64,000 bases of DNA from Geosiphon pyriformis uo1. Lineage: Eukaryota > Fungi > Glomeromycota. The translations under genes and the position numbers were made by a program. The stretch is from positions 7,899 to 71,898 of the forward strand of contig JAAOMT010000263.1 of assembly GCA_016748015.1 (NCBI GenBank), written 5' to 3'. Below the pieces are notes generated by a model, which was not told the DNA's origin, ran no database searches, and saw nothing but the letters and a program-made list of their open reading frames with translations. Of the stretch, positions 1-13,300 are shown one piece after another; positions within the stretch are counted from its first letter, which is position 1; every line of letters begins with the position of its first letter.

Positions 1-167
1 GCAGCGGCAAAATACGAGGATCTTGTTGCTAAGACCAACCCATGAGCGTGAAAAGTTATCGCATTAGGTCCATTACCAACGGTAATTCTAACATCAGAAC
101 ATTTTTGGTTATTCAATAGGCTCGCAAAATCGAAAGACAAATCGTGGAGGAGTTGTTGGGATGCCAT
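1..167 (-). CDS. BTB/POZ(-BACK-TLDc) protein, exon 1, truncated by window edge
   Basis: ATG at 167. Reads MASQQLLHDLSFDFASLLNNQKCSDVRITVGNGPNAITFHAHGLVLATRSSYFAAA, with BTB motifs SDV and FHAH..VL..RS.YF. Close paralogue of the copy at 32358. Confidence 0.85.
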   Translation of the reverse strand, partial: MASQQLLHDLSFDFASLLNNQKCSDVRITVGNGPNAITFHAHGLVLATRSSYFAA

Positions 168-283
168 GAATATCCAGAAAGCAGTAGCTGAAAGAAGATT
201 ATCTTTTGCCCACTTGCTTATGTTTACCTTTAAAAAAAATCAATGAGACACGTATTAGAATCTGTGACGCAGTCTCTCATATC

Positions 284-311
284 TTAATCTGCAATTGATT
301 ATCACCGATAA
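284..311 (-). promoter_or_regulatory. Conserved upstream block of BTB-TLDc paralogues (inverted GATA pair)
   Basis: TTAATCTGCAATTGATTATCACCGATAA recurs with 2 mismatches upstream of the paralogues at 32259-32286 (opposite strand) and 56726-56753. Confidence 0.55.
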
Positions 312-3217
312 TAAGATTTTAGCCTAAAATTTTTTTTGATTTTATTTATAAATTTAAAATACATACTCAACTAATTTTATATAAAAAAACTGAATATAAC
401 ATTCAGAAACAAAGTTAAAAAATTGAAAAAAATTTTTGTATTAACAATTAAAAAATTAATATGTTAATTTTTTAGAAATAGAAATAAGAATTTTATGGAT
501 TATATTGTTCTAAACAAATTATTTATTTAATAAAATAAGTCATTAGTGTTGCATATTTTAGTTTTATTACAAAAATCTCGAAAAAATATTTTTTATTTAG
601 TAGTAATTATTAATAACAAAAGAAAATTAAAAACAATTTTTTGAAAATTAAAACATTGCACAAGTAAAACAAAGAAATTATCTATTCACTAAAAATTTCA
701 AACTTTATAAAAATAAATTTTTAAATATTTTTAATAGCTTGACTAAAATATTAAACAAATTCTACAAAAAAGATTATTTATTAAACCAAAAAACTGAATT
801 TAATTAATATAATAGCTTAATAAAAGTCAATAATAATGCAATTACACATACTAAAAATTAATACAAGTTAAAAAACACATTTTTATTTCAACAAAATTTC
901 AAGTTTAAAACTATTTTCAAGTTTTTTTGTATGAATCAAAGACTTTATACAATAAAACTTATAAAGTATTTTATAATTAAGACATTATCTTTCAATTAAA
1001 AAACAACAAATATGTTTGTTTTTTTTAATCTAAATAATAAATTGGTTAACTTAAAATTTTGATTAAGACTTAATTGCAACTTGAGAATTTTCACCAATTT
1101 TAAACCAAATTAAATTACAATATACGTTTTTTTTTCAAAAAATTAATAAAAATATAAAGTAATATTTTTCCTTTGACCCTAGCGATTAAATAAAAATAAA
1201 AATTATTTAATTTTCTTACCAAGATTCCTTCTTTATAACAAATTAAAATTCTTGATAGCATTCAAAATTGTAAACAATATCAAAGCCAAAATTAGTGTCA
1301 TTTTTACATTGTTAAGTTTTTTCTGAATGGTAGAGAGTTTTTGATTGACACTTTATTTAAAAATAAATTATTCAAAAATTTGACTCAAGTTCTAGCTTAA
1401 AACTATAAGGTAATTTTTCTTTCATATGTATTTTCTCAGCTAAAGATAACATCAATTTCACACTTTTACATCGTTTCATGTTTTAAAGGTGTAATAACTA
1501 AAAGCAGCAACTTTTAAAAAATATATAAATTCTTAAGACACTTTTGATTTCATTAAATAAATGAAAAAAAAGCAATAATATATATAAAATGATTTATAAC
1601 GTTTTGGGCTTAGAACGAAAATAAATGAATAGCTAAAACTACGACACCCTGTATTCCCTTAGTGGCAAGGTTTCAAGTTGCCACTAACCAAATTTTGAGT
1701 TCTATTGCTGCGGCAGATTAATTAACAAGAAACTCGGTATCAATAGGCTCTAAATAAATCTCTTCCAGAGTAATATTGACATATACAGTATTTCATTGTG
1801 TTAATTTAATCCAGAAAACTTTCGGTTAAAGCTTCTCAGAAAAAACCGCTATTTTTTTTTTAACTTGAAATGATGAGCTTTCAACAGAATGGACGAAGAT
1901 AATAATGTCACTTTGAATTTTTGACATTTAGAATAAGTTTATTTTACTTTGCCTACTATTATAAATTTCAAAAATTTTCTTTCCTAATCAATTTTCCACT
2001 AAAGGAAATAATTTCGAATAATTTATTTTACATATTTGCTTAAGTACATAATTAAGACTTTTTCTCATGACACAATCATTTCATATATTGTTTACCGTCG
2101 AAAAACCATTTCATACTGTTGTACCTGTTAATTGTGACAAAATTGAAAAGCATTTTTCATTGTCGGAAAATTATTAAGAATTATCAGATATCTATCAATC
2201 TTACTTTTTTTTTTTTTTTAAAAAAAAAAAATCCGATGCATCATTCAAACATTGATTAAATAGTAGTTTGTCTATTGTCCTTCTACCTGAGATTTTCCAT
2301 AGTAAGTGATGATCTTTTATAGAAATGGTTTAGTCTATTACTCGCCTTTTAGTCAAAAAGAAGATAAAAGTTGTCAATAATATGCAATTATTATTGAAAA
2401 TGCCAAAGCCCCTGACGTTAAATTCACCTACATATCCACGTGTTTGACCAAAGGTATCAATCTTTTTCAGGGCCGGGACTAAATCGGGCTAAAAACACAA
2501 AACTATTCAATCCTTATTAGGAAAAATCGGACTAGAAAAATCCCGTGCAATTGTATTACCGACCAGGTTCCCCAATAGTATAGGGACAAAATAGAACAAT
2601 CATTAATATAGGAAAATCATTAAAAAAAATCATCAGTCACCGCTAACGATATGATAAATGATATAGATGCCGTGAGCGATACTTTTTCGCAAAAGCTTTC
2701 CTTTGAATTGACCTTTCTTTCAACGGTTCCTTTTAAACGTTTTTTCTACCGACTACGCAGGAGTCTATGTATTTGTCAGACACGCACGTCATTCAGCCAT
2801 CTTTCTTCTCCTAGTACCCATTGTCCTCAAAGGCTTCAATTGTTCCATGTATTTTCTATAGTTTTGATTAATGCTGCGTTAAAAGTTTTATTATAAAAGA
2901 GGAGTCATTAAGAACAGGGTGAAAAACTTTCAAAGCTAAACGTAGCATTTCGACCACCATAAAAATCAAAGCTTTTCGTCTTTACATGCATCCTTTTATT
3001 ATGATTTGACGTCTTTTCGTAAAATTCACAAAAAAAAAATATTAAGTTTTTTAAGAAAAACGTTTACCACACGAAATTAATTTACCTTTTCGCAAAAAGA
3101 ATCCCACAATCTTATCGATTTCCTACAAAATTTAACGACCACGATCTGTTCAAAATTCTTCTCACGTTCAGTATACTTTTATAAATCATCATATTATAAC
3201 ATAGCAAAAGTTTCATC

Positions 3218-3354
3218 ATGCAACAAGAATTTGAAGGGTCTTCTACAGAGTACTTGGGTGACCTAGGTAAAATGCACGTGACCTACACTGATAACGTAAG
3301 GAATTCACAAAAACGATAATTTTTTTTTATTTGAAATTTATATATTTAAATATG

Positions 3355-3386
<32 letters not shown>

Positions 3387-4373
3387 TTGAATGAATGAAT
3401 GAAAATTAGATTGATAATGAATGGGAAGAATATGAAACAGACTATGGGTAAAATTTATATTTTAATTTTAATTTTAATTTAAATTCAAATAGAAAAAAGT
3501 TTTTATTTTTTTTCTTCATTTTTTCTTGTTTAATTTACTAATCAAGATCAAAAAAATTTTTAATAGTGGCAATAGCAGCAGCGGTGAAAGCAGTAACAGT
3601 AGCAGCAGTTGTAGTAGCTCCTCTACCTTTACTGCTTCCTATCATCCAAAACCTGACGACTTGATCCCAGCGCTTTTTTCTGATATTGAAGCTGATATTG
3701 GAGCTTATATTGAAGAACTCAGTGGGGAAGAGATAGAAGAGCTCTTTGAAAATGTATTTTCTCTTTCTCCAACATATAATATATATTTTTTTTGAACTCG
3801 TCTATATGATTTTTAATTAATTATTTTTTTAATTATTTTTTTGTTTATTTATCAATAATAAGGATAATGTACCTGCTGCTATTCATGCTTTTGTTGAAAA
3901 AGTCAAATTAGCAACGGAAGAACAGGAAGAACAATTACGTGAAAAAGCCGAAGAATTAAGAGGATTGAAGGAAACTTTTGAAAAATTAGAACAAGAATTT
4001 GTTGAAGTATGAAAATATTTAATGCTATTTACTTTCAATAATTTTGATCATTATATAATGTTTTTAATTATTAATTATTATTTTAATATTAGAAAAAGCC
4101 TATTGAGAAACGAATTGATACTGCTACTACTACTACTACTACTACTATTACCAAACTGTCAAGTAGACCACGGTAAGCATATTTATAACAAAGCATAATA
4201 TTCTTTTGGTTCAATATGATTTAAAATATCGCTAAAAAATATTTTCCTCCTACTTAATTATTTTGCTATTTAGATGGATTCATTGTCTTTACATTAATCT
4301 TTTAATTCCTTTCGTATTCTTTTTAGTGTTAAACATTTATGTTCACTACAGCCTTGAATCTTTAATTCAGTAA
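3218..4373 (+). CDS. Orphan acidic coiled-coil protein with a C-terminal transmembrane anchor (6 exons, ~208 aa)
   Basis: Six exons join in frame through five GT-AG introns: MQQEFEG...TDN / IDNEWEEYETDYG / GNSSS...ELFEN / DNVPAA...EQEFVE / KKPIE...SRPR / WIHCLYINLLIPFVFFLVLNIYVHYSLESLIQ*. Track ORF 3526-3795 corresponds to exon 3. Confidence 0.75.
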
Positions 4374-4696
4374 AAGTTATCGATATATATACAAAAACGA
4401 ACATTATATTCTAAAAAAAATTTTACACCAAAATTCTCACTTAAGCCTATGGTTGTTTTTTCTTTTTTATATTAAATTTATAACTTTTACCTTTTTCCGT
4501 TATATTCATCCCAAATTAAATTTCCCATTATTCTTTTTCTCAAGTTACCACCAACTTAGGCTTTTCATTTCTTGATCCTTTTAATTCTCGCATTAAAACT
4601 CACTCAACTTTAACACTGTAAGATTTTTCCTCCATCATTCCATGCATTTTTCACAATTCAATTCAAGTTTCATTATCGTATTAGTACAAATTCCCC

Positions 4697-4764
4697 CTTT
4701 TACCTTTTACCTTTTTACCTTTTACCTTTTTACCTTTTTACCTTTTTACCTTTTACCTTTACCC
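4697..4764. repeat. Tandem (T4-5ACC)n minisatellite, about 9 units
   Basis: ttttacc/tttttacc units are directly visible. Confidence 0.9.
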
Positions 4765-7339
4765 ATTTAATTCTTTCAAAAATTACGATAGCAATCGGTA
4801 TGCAACGCTTAAAACATGAAAAAAAAAAAGTTTGGAATTTCATTTTTTTTCGCGGCATTCTAACCATAAATTTTATAACCCAATTTACACTTTTTTTTTT
4901 TGCTAGGTTATGAATTTAGTCTTTGTCTTTTTTGTTTTTATTTAGCCTCATTTTTTTCATCTTATTGAATCGCATTATTCAGCCATAATCGTATAAAATT
5001 TCCCATTATTCTTTTTTCGAATAAGGATATAAATAGATAATCTCCGAATAATGTAAATTTGTTCATGGTTAAATCATTTTTGGGAAACCGATTTGGTTCA
5101 AAATCACACAGTTCTGGTATACCAGTGTTCACCTGTACTCAGATGTCTTTATCCGGATAAAGCATCCAGCATCCTCTTTTGACTTTCTACTTTTCCCCCT
5201 CACCCAATTTAGCACTAGTGCAAGCCTCATCATATATGTAACAGTTAGCTAATAATACGATTATGTTGAAATAAAAAAAATACATGATTTTTTCAGTCTG
5301 AAACTAATTAGTTTTCTGCTAATTTTTTGGGTTGCATTATTTCAAAACTTTTTCCCTGCAAAAAGTGAATATGCAAAAATGATTAAAACATTTACAACAA
5401 TGGTGATTATGCAAACTCCTTATACATCATTTTTGATCAAGTATGCACTCTCACCGAATGAATAATTTCAATGATAGGCTTAATATCAATGAAACAAATC
5501 AAGCAGCATAAAACTTGTCTAGAATTCATTCGACCATAATAGCTGATAATTATTATGCATCTGGAATCATTAAAAGAGCAGCTTTTAAGTTTAAAAATGC
5601 AGTATCTTTATACAAAACTATTAAAGCATTTGTTCTGCAGGGATTCTAGATTTTTGCTTTTTTTGATTCAGACTTACAACCTTTTGGCATGATTTACTCA
5701 CTGCCGAGAGAAATTCATTAGAGTTAATTTGACTGTAAAAATCAATCATTACAGATGATTCCGCTTTCTATTGTTCTTGTCAACTTACAAATTGTGAAAA
5801 GAGATGTAGTTTCTTACCATAAATGGTAAGTGAATCCAATAAATGTACTTTGGATATAAAAATATTCACAAGAGAGTTTTAAGTTGATTGATTTTCTTAC
5901 TGGGAAGATTTATAAGACAATAAGTTGAGGATATCAATTAAAAATCTCGTTGGCGTTACATTTTTTTTTTTTTTTTGAAAGAATCCTCCTGCGTTGATTT
6001 TTCTATGATGCATGATAAAGTCGTAGGCCAGTAGTGTGAGCAATTATAAACATCGTTCTTTAGAGTTTATTAAAAAAAACTTTGATTTTTATTAATCCCA
6101 TTTGAAAGATTATATAATCATTAATTGGACCAAAGATTTTTAATTTGACTTAAAATTTTTCACCGATTTTAGATGTTTACGAAAACATTCAAAAATTTAT
6201 TTATTCCAAAAACAGTATTATAACAGTAAAGTTATATTTATCTTGAACTTAAATATTTTATCTCTCACAAATCAAGACTTGAAAATAATAAAAAATAAAG
6301 AATTTTATTTTTTGTTATTAATAAAAAAAGCTAGCAAACCAAAAAATCTTGGAATATAAAATCTTTCAAAATGGCTTATCTTTAAATTTTATTGACTTTG
6401 AAAAAATTGTGTTAATTTTAATTGTTCACATAAGTTCAATAATATAAGTTTAAAAAGTTTTCATAATTTAATATTATTTATTGTAATATTTTATTTGAAA
6501 TTACAAAATTATATTGTCAATTAATTAAAATTAGACAATAGTAAAAAAATAATGTGTTAAATATATATTTGTAATAATCTTAAAAAGTTACATATGGAAA
6601 GTATTAATTATTGATTTGTACATAAAAAAAATTTATTAATTATTAAATTTAATTAAACAAAAATTATTGGAAAAAAAAATACATTAATATAAATTTTTAT
6701 TATTAAATATTTGTCATTTATTAATTATTATTAATTATTATTATTCAAAAATCATTTAATTAATTAGTTTATTATTAATTTTAAATAAATTTACATTTTG
6801 CAAAAAATCAAAAATTTTTTGAATCATATTAATAAACAAAATAATTTTTTTAAATTTTAATTCAAAAATAAAAAGAAAACTTATTTGGGTTTTTTCGAAT
6901 TTTTTTAAAATATAATAATATTAATTTAAATTAAAATATTGTTAAAATTAATTATTGACAATTATTATTTTTTATTATAAATATATTAATAGTAATTTAC
7001 ATTTTATTTTGAAATAAACTTTTTTAATACTCAATATTTAATATTTAATATTTAAATATTAATAGGTTAAAAAAAAATTATTGAAATTAATAATCATTGA
7101 ATTAATAAAAAAATAAATTGTAAAAAATATAAATTATTATAAAAATACAACATAAAAATAAAATAAAAATTTTTATTTTATTTTTTATATTTTCCGTTAT
7201 TATTATTTTTAAAAATTATAATGTTTGATATTTTAAATAATACTTTTGTAATTATTTATTAAAAATGAAAAAATTGTAAAATATTTTAAACATAATACTT
7301 AATTTAAAATTTAAAAAATAAAAAATTTCAAAAAAAAAA

Positions 7340-10300
7340 AACTTTTTTCTATTATTCATCTCAATAATTATTTAAAAAATCTTATTTTTGATAAAAAAGT
7401 TTTTTAATTGTTTCTTTAATCATTCTGTTTGAGTACAAAACTATTATTGGTTCTAATATATTTTTATTATGAAAAAATTTGTTAGAAATTCTGGCTTTAA
7501 TCTTGTTAATAAGAATGTTTTTTTTTAGAAAAAAAGTGCTTTGAAAGATAACATTATTAATAAAAATATGTCTGTCAAAAAATTAGTTAGTTGGTCTTGA
7601 AGTTCTAAAGCTAATAATATTATTAAATCTGATAATATTAATATAAAAAAATAATTTTTGGTGGAAAAAACCAGTGTGAATTATGGTAAAAAAGATGTTT
7701 TAGATGGGAAAAATTTGAACTAAACACAAAAAAATCTAGATTAGTAATTAAAAAAGTATTGAGTACACCTTTGGCAAAAATCAAATTTCTGAATAAGGAT
7801 AAAAATAATGCTTTTTTAAATATTTTTGTAGTTTTTTCTCTTTTTTTAAAGAATCTAATCAATGTATTTATTAGAAAATTTTTTGCTTTAAATATCAGTT
7901 TGGACATAATAGTGGAAATTTTTTTTTAAAAATAATTAAAGATAATTAAAAAGTTGTTTATAAATATTAATGATTTTGAAAAGATCTTTACTTTTTTAAT
8001 ATTTGCTAAAATTAGGATTTCGATTAAACCAAATTAAACTAAACTTTGGGTGTTGTTCAAGTTTGGTTCGAATTATGAACTAAACTTGAATTAAACAAAT
8101 TTTTCAAAGTAAATCTAGTTCAAGTTTGGCATTGAACTTTTTTAACAAGTCTAAATTTGGTTCAAGTCTGGTTTAAAGTTTATAAACTTGTTCAAGTTTA
8201 ATGGAATTAAAAAATGATATAACTTGTATTACTTATTCATCAATCATTACTTTATTTAATTACTATAATCAGTTAAAAAGATATATAAAATTATACATAT
8301 ATAACAATTTCTAACTTACCAAAATAAATTTATTGTTGGTATTATTTAATATTACTGAAAATTCAAAATCCAAAATAACAGAATTTGATAATCCAAATAA
8401 TTTAAATATTAATATATTTGGTAAATATAGTTTTTAAAGTAAAGTATAAAACTATTTTGATAAGTTTAAGTAAATAAAAAAAAACATCTAAATGTAAAAT
8501 CTCAAAATATGTGTATAAACTATTTTTTTGTTGAACTATGAGCATTACCAAACTCTTATAACACCATTTAAAGGCTTTTTATTAAACAGTATATGTTATA
8601 ATAAAAGAATATCATAAGAAAAAGCAAAATGTTCAGAAAAATTACAAATCAATTAAAAAAATGTTTCAACAGATAAAATTGTTATTTTTTTTTATGATTT
8701 TTCATCAATCTAACTAGAAAACTGTTTTAGTTTTCTATAATAACTGCTATTAACATTAATAATAAAAAACTTTGTAACATAATTACTATTTGGCTTATTA
8801 ATTGTTAACAATCACTTCTTACAGTAAAAAACCTTAAATTAATTAAAATATTTCAATATTTAAACTCTATTTTTCAACTTGATTGTGCTAATATAATTAA
8901 AAATAGAGTTATAGAACTTTATGTTTTGGATAAACAAGAATTAAGAATAAGTACTATTTTTATTATGAAATGTCTTTTTTTTTCACTTATATTTATAATA
9001 TAATAAGTATACTTAGGTACTATTAAATCCAAAATTTTTTTTACATTAAATTTCTGGATATCTCCTAATAACAAAATCTTTATCTCTGTTATTACTTATT
9101 ATATTAATAACAATTAAGACTTTTAATAAACAATAATTAATTTTGGATTAATAAGTAGATAACATAATAGAATAAATATTGCAAACAAATTTTTTAAAGT
9201 ATTAAAAGATTATAGAATTACATTAAAAGTACATATGTATATTCTTGTATGAATTTAAATTAGTTAATAATTAATAATAAGATTAGTATATTATGCAATA
9301 TATTAGTATTATTTAAGATTCAAAATTATTACAGTGCTCATATTATTGAAAACTATGTTTTTTTAATGTTAATTTAAGTTTATTATTGTTTCAAGCCAAA
9401 TTTTTAGCCAAAAAATTAAGAAAAAAGTTTAAGAAAGAGTTATACTTACTTTTTTTTTATATAAATTTATTATTAATTTTATTAGTTATAATCTAATTTT
9501 TTTTGACAGCTTTTTGCTATTATTCTTGATAATATTGCAAATAATAATACTTTTATAAAAAAGTTAGTGAGAAAATTAGAAAAAAAAATATTCAATAGAA
9601 TTCAGAAGACTTTTGATTTTAATGCTTTAATTATATTTTAAACTTGATAGTATAAACAGCTTTAAATAATATAAAAAATAATGTTTCTAAAGTATTTGTT
9701 AAAAACCCAAACTGAATATATTTATCTGAAATTTTTTTAATATAAACTTTGTATAAATTAAAAATTAGAAAACTTAACTCTGTAATTTATACTTTGCCCT
9801 AATGTTTTGAGCTCCTTAAACATGTTTGTAATGCATGTTAAATTAAATACTGTAAACCTATTCTGAATTGTTTTACCCAATAAAATTCTACTTACAACAT
9901 AATTAAGAATAGATTATTTTTTAAATTAGCAAGTTGTTTATTTCTGATTTTATAAATTTTAAATACAAAAATTTAAACTATAAATTTATAAACATTAAAC
10001 ATTCTTACTAGCACTCATATTAACTTTTATCAATATGTTATTTCACATAATTAGTGAGCTGTCTTTAATAAAATTGCTAAATTCCTTGAACTATTTAAGA
10101 ATATTATAATCAAAATATTAGCCAGTTTAAATAATACTGCTTTCTTAATTATTCTCCTTTTTAATATCATTCTTAAGCATATTGAAAACATAGTTGTTAA
10201 TAATAAATCTGTTAAAAAATTATAATTTTGTTTGTATTTATTTAGTTATTTATTTAAGACATTTAATATTAGATCCATTATTTGTTATAATGACTAAAAC

Positions 10301-13300
10301 AGTAAAAAAAAAGTTAATAAAATATTACTTTAAAACAAATACAATTGTAATGCTCTATACTACATTGAATCTAAAGAAAAAATTCTATTATTTCACAAAG
10401 AAGAAATTTTTAAATGATAATATTAATAAAACAAAAGAATTGTAAGTTATTAATTTATTCAAATAGTTTTATTTTCCAATTTTCACACAATAAATAAACT
10501 TTTAGAATGCATATTTTCTTTGAAATAGAGTATATATTAGATATTATACTAACATTAAATAACAGTTTTTTGTTAAATAACAATTTTAATAATATTATAA
10601 CATTAGTAACATAATTTATATTAAAGACAGATTTTAATAATAATGAGGAAAAATAACTTAACAAAATTAATTATTATATTTTTGAAAAGATGGCCAATAA
10701 AAAAATAAATATAATAACATAGTGGAAAGTATATTACAAAAAATATTTATCTAAATTAATATTTTATTAATAATTGAATATTTAGGCACATTAAATACAA
10801 TTTCTTTATTTTGTATATATAGTTTATAATTATTTGGCAATTCAAAAATAATCTGTTGTTTTTGAATGTGCTTTTTCTGCAGGTAAAAATATAATTACAG
10901 ATATAAGGTTTTACTTGGTGCCTAAAACTATGAAAGCAGCACAGTGTTTTCGATTATAGATACAAAAACCATTAAAAAAAATTTAATAATAATATAATAT
11001 AATATAATATTTTTAATAGTCAAATCTGAAAATGTTTATGAACTTCAAACTAAACTTGAACCAAACTTGTTACATGTGTTTAGATTTAGTTTAAGTTCAG
11101 TTATTTTAAGTCTGGTTCGAATTTAAGTTTAAGTTTAAAATTTTAACAAATTTTTTGTTCGAATTTAATCCAGTTTGGTGATTTGATTGAACTTAAACTG
11201 AACTAGACTGAACATTAAAACTCTAACTAGAATTATCTGTATATTATTTACTTTTAAATTAAATTTGCCACAAACAACAAAAAGCAAGAACTGTAAATAT
11301 TTTAGTAAACACTAATTTTAAGAAATCAGCTGTGTGTTTAGATTAGTTTATAGTAATCAAAAAAATTCTTATAAAAATATTAATGAAGACTATATATACT
11401 GTGCTAATTAAATTTGGTAAGATTAAAGTAATCAAAATACAATTAATAAGATTATGATAAAAAACTGTAATAAAATTTCCAAATTTGGTTTAAGTAAATT
11501 TTTTGGCTTCTAAATAGTCTATTTTTATTAGAAAAAATATAGTGTATATAGTAAAAATTAATAAAAACAAGAAATTATGGAATACTAAGAATTAATATAA
11601 AGTTTTGCTTTATATTTTGTCTATAGAAATAAATGTTCATAATTTGTAAAAATTTGTAGTCAATTGGTAAAAAAACATGTATTATTAATTATTATTTTGT
11701 AAAATATATTAGAACTAAATATGTAATAATCTGTTTTAACTATGAATTTTTTTTGAATAAGATAATAGAAATTACATTAGTATTAAGAAATACTAGTTTT
11801 TGTTGATCTTATTTGAGTTTAGCCAATTATGCTAAATATAAGAAGCTGAATTATATATTAATTTTATATGCTATTAGTAAAAAAGTTATTTTATTTATTT
11901 TTTTATGCAAAATTTTTTCAGATATAAATAGAAGCAAACTGGTTGTTATTTATGCTAAATAATCAACTTTTATTGCTTATTTAGTTTTATTTAGTGGTAT
12001 TTTTTGGACAAAGATTATTAGTAGTTCTTTATTTATTTATTTTTTATACAAAATAGTTTTTTAAAAATTAATTTTTTTTTAGTAATGAAGTTTTTTTTAT
12101 TAGTTATAATAAATGTAAATAATAAGTTTGCTATTTTTGAACACAGTCTTATCAGTTTTATGAAACAAATTAATAAGCTGGCTAAAAAGTTAAATGTATT
12201 TAAGTCAACAGTTTTTTAGTTTAATCCTGAATATTAGCCATTAATAATTTTTTTATTAAAAAATCAAGAAATAAATATAGTAATAAGTAAGAATTTAGAT
12301 ATAATTACTATTAGTAAAACTGTTATAAAAATAAAATTTCTTAATTTGTTAATTATCTTTAAAATAAAAAATAATATAAACAATCTATTAGATATAATTT
12401 TGGGTCTGTTAACCAAAGTAAACAATATTGGTTTGAGTTGAAGCAATTTTTTTTCTTAATGATTAATTTAGTCTGGAAAATTACTACATACAATATTATA
12501 AGTATCAATATTTTTGCCAAACAAAAAAATATTATTTATTAACATAAAGATTCTGATTGTTTGATTTTTATTGTTATAAAAACAAAATTGCAATTTAATA
12601 ATAAGCTTTAGTTAATAACCAAATTTGATAAAGTTCAAATTTTCACTTCTAATTTAAATAAAAAATTTTTAAATGCTGAAATAATAATAATTATGAATGT
12701 TTTTTTGGCATATTATATGTTAAAAATTAAGAAAATTCTAAGCCAACTGATTTTTGTTTGCTTGTTATTCAAAAATAGATTTTTAATAATAGTTTTAGGG
12801 TTATATGCTTGTGTCTTTACTGTAATATAAGCTAAAAAAACTTTGAAAATTAATATACTTATTGCTAAGACAATAAATTCTAATTTGTTTATAATTTTAA
12901 GTAAGAATTTTAATAAAAATGGTTTTAAAAAAATTTCAAGTTACAGAAAGTGTTTGGGTTTAGCTTTAGTTAATATTTTTAGAAATTACTCTTTAGTCAA
13001 GTTGCCTACATAAAAATAATTTGAGAAAGGTTGTAAAAATTATTGATTATCTTTTTGTAAATAAAATTTTTTTATTCTTACTAACTAAATAAATAGTTGG
13101 TAATATTTTTTAATTTTTTGACACAGATCACAAAGCTGTTTTGTGCTTGATTAAATTAAAAAACTTACTAAATATTTGTATAAATAAGATTTGTAAACAG
13201 ATTAACAAAGATTGTTAAAGATTTAAAATTAAAAATATTAATAATATTAAGTAGATAAATTTTAAAAACTGCTTTTTATTTATGTTTTTGCCAATAAAAA

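Noticed and set aside
4697-4764. Interstitial telomere repeat
   Set aside because: The unit GGTAAAA is not TTAGGG-like and the tract is short.
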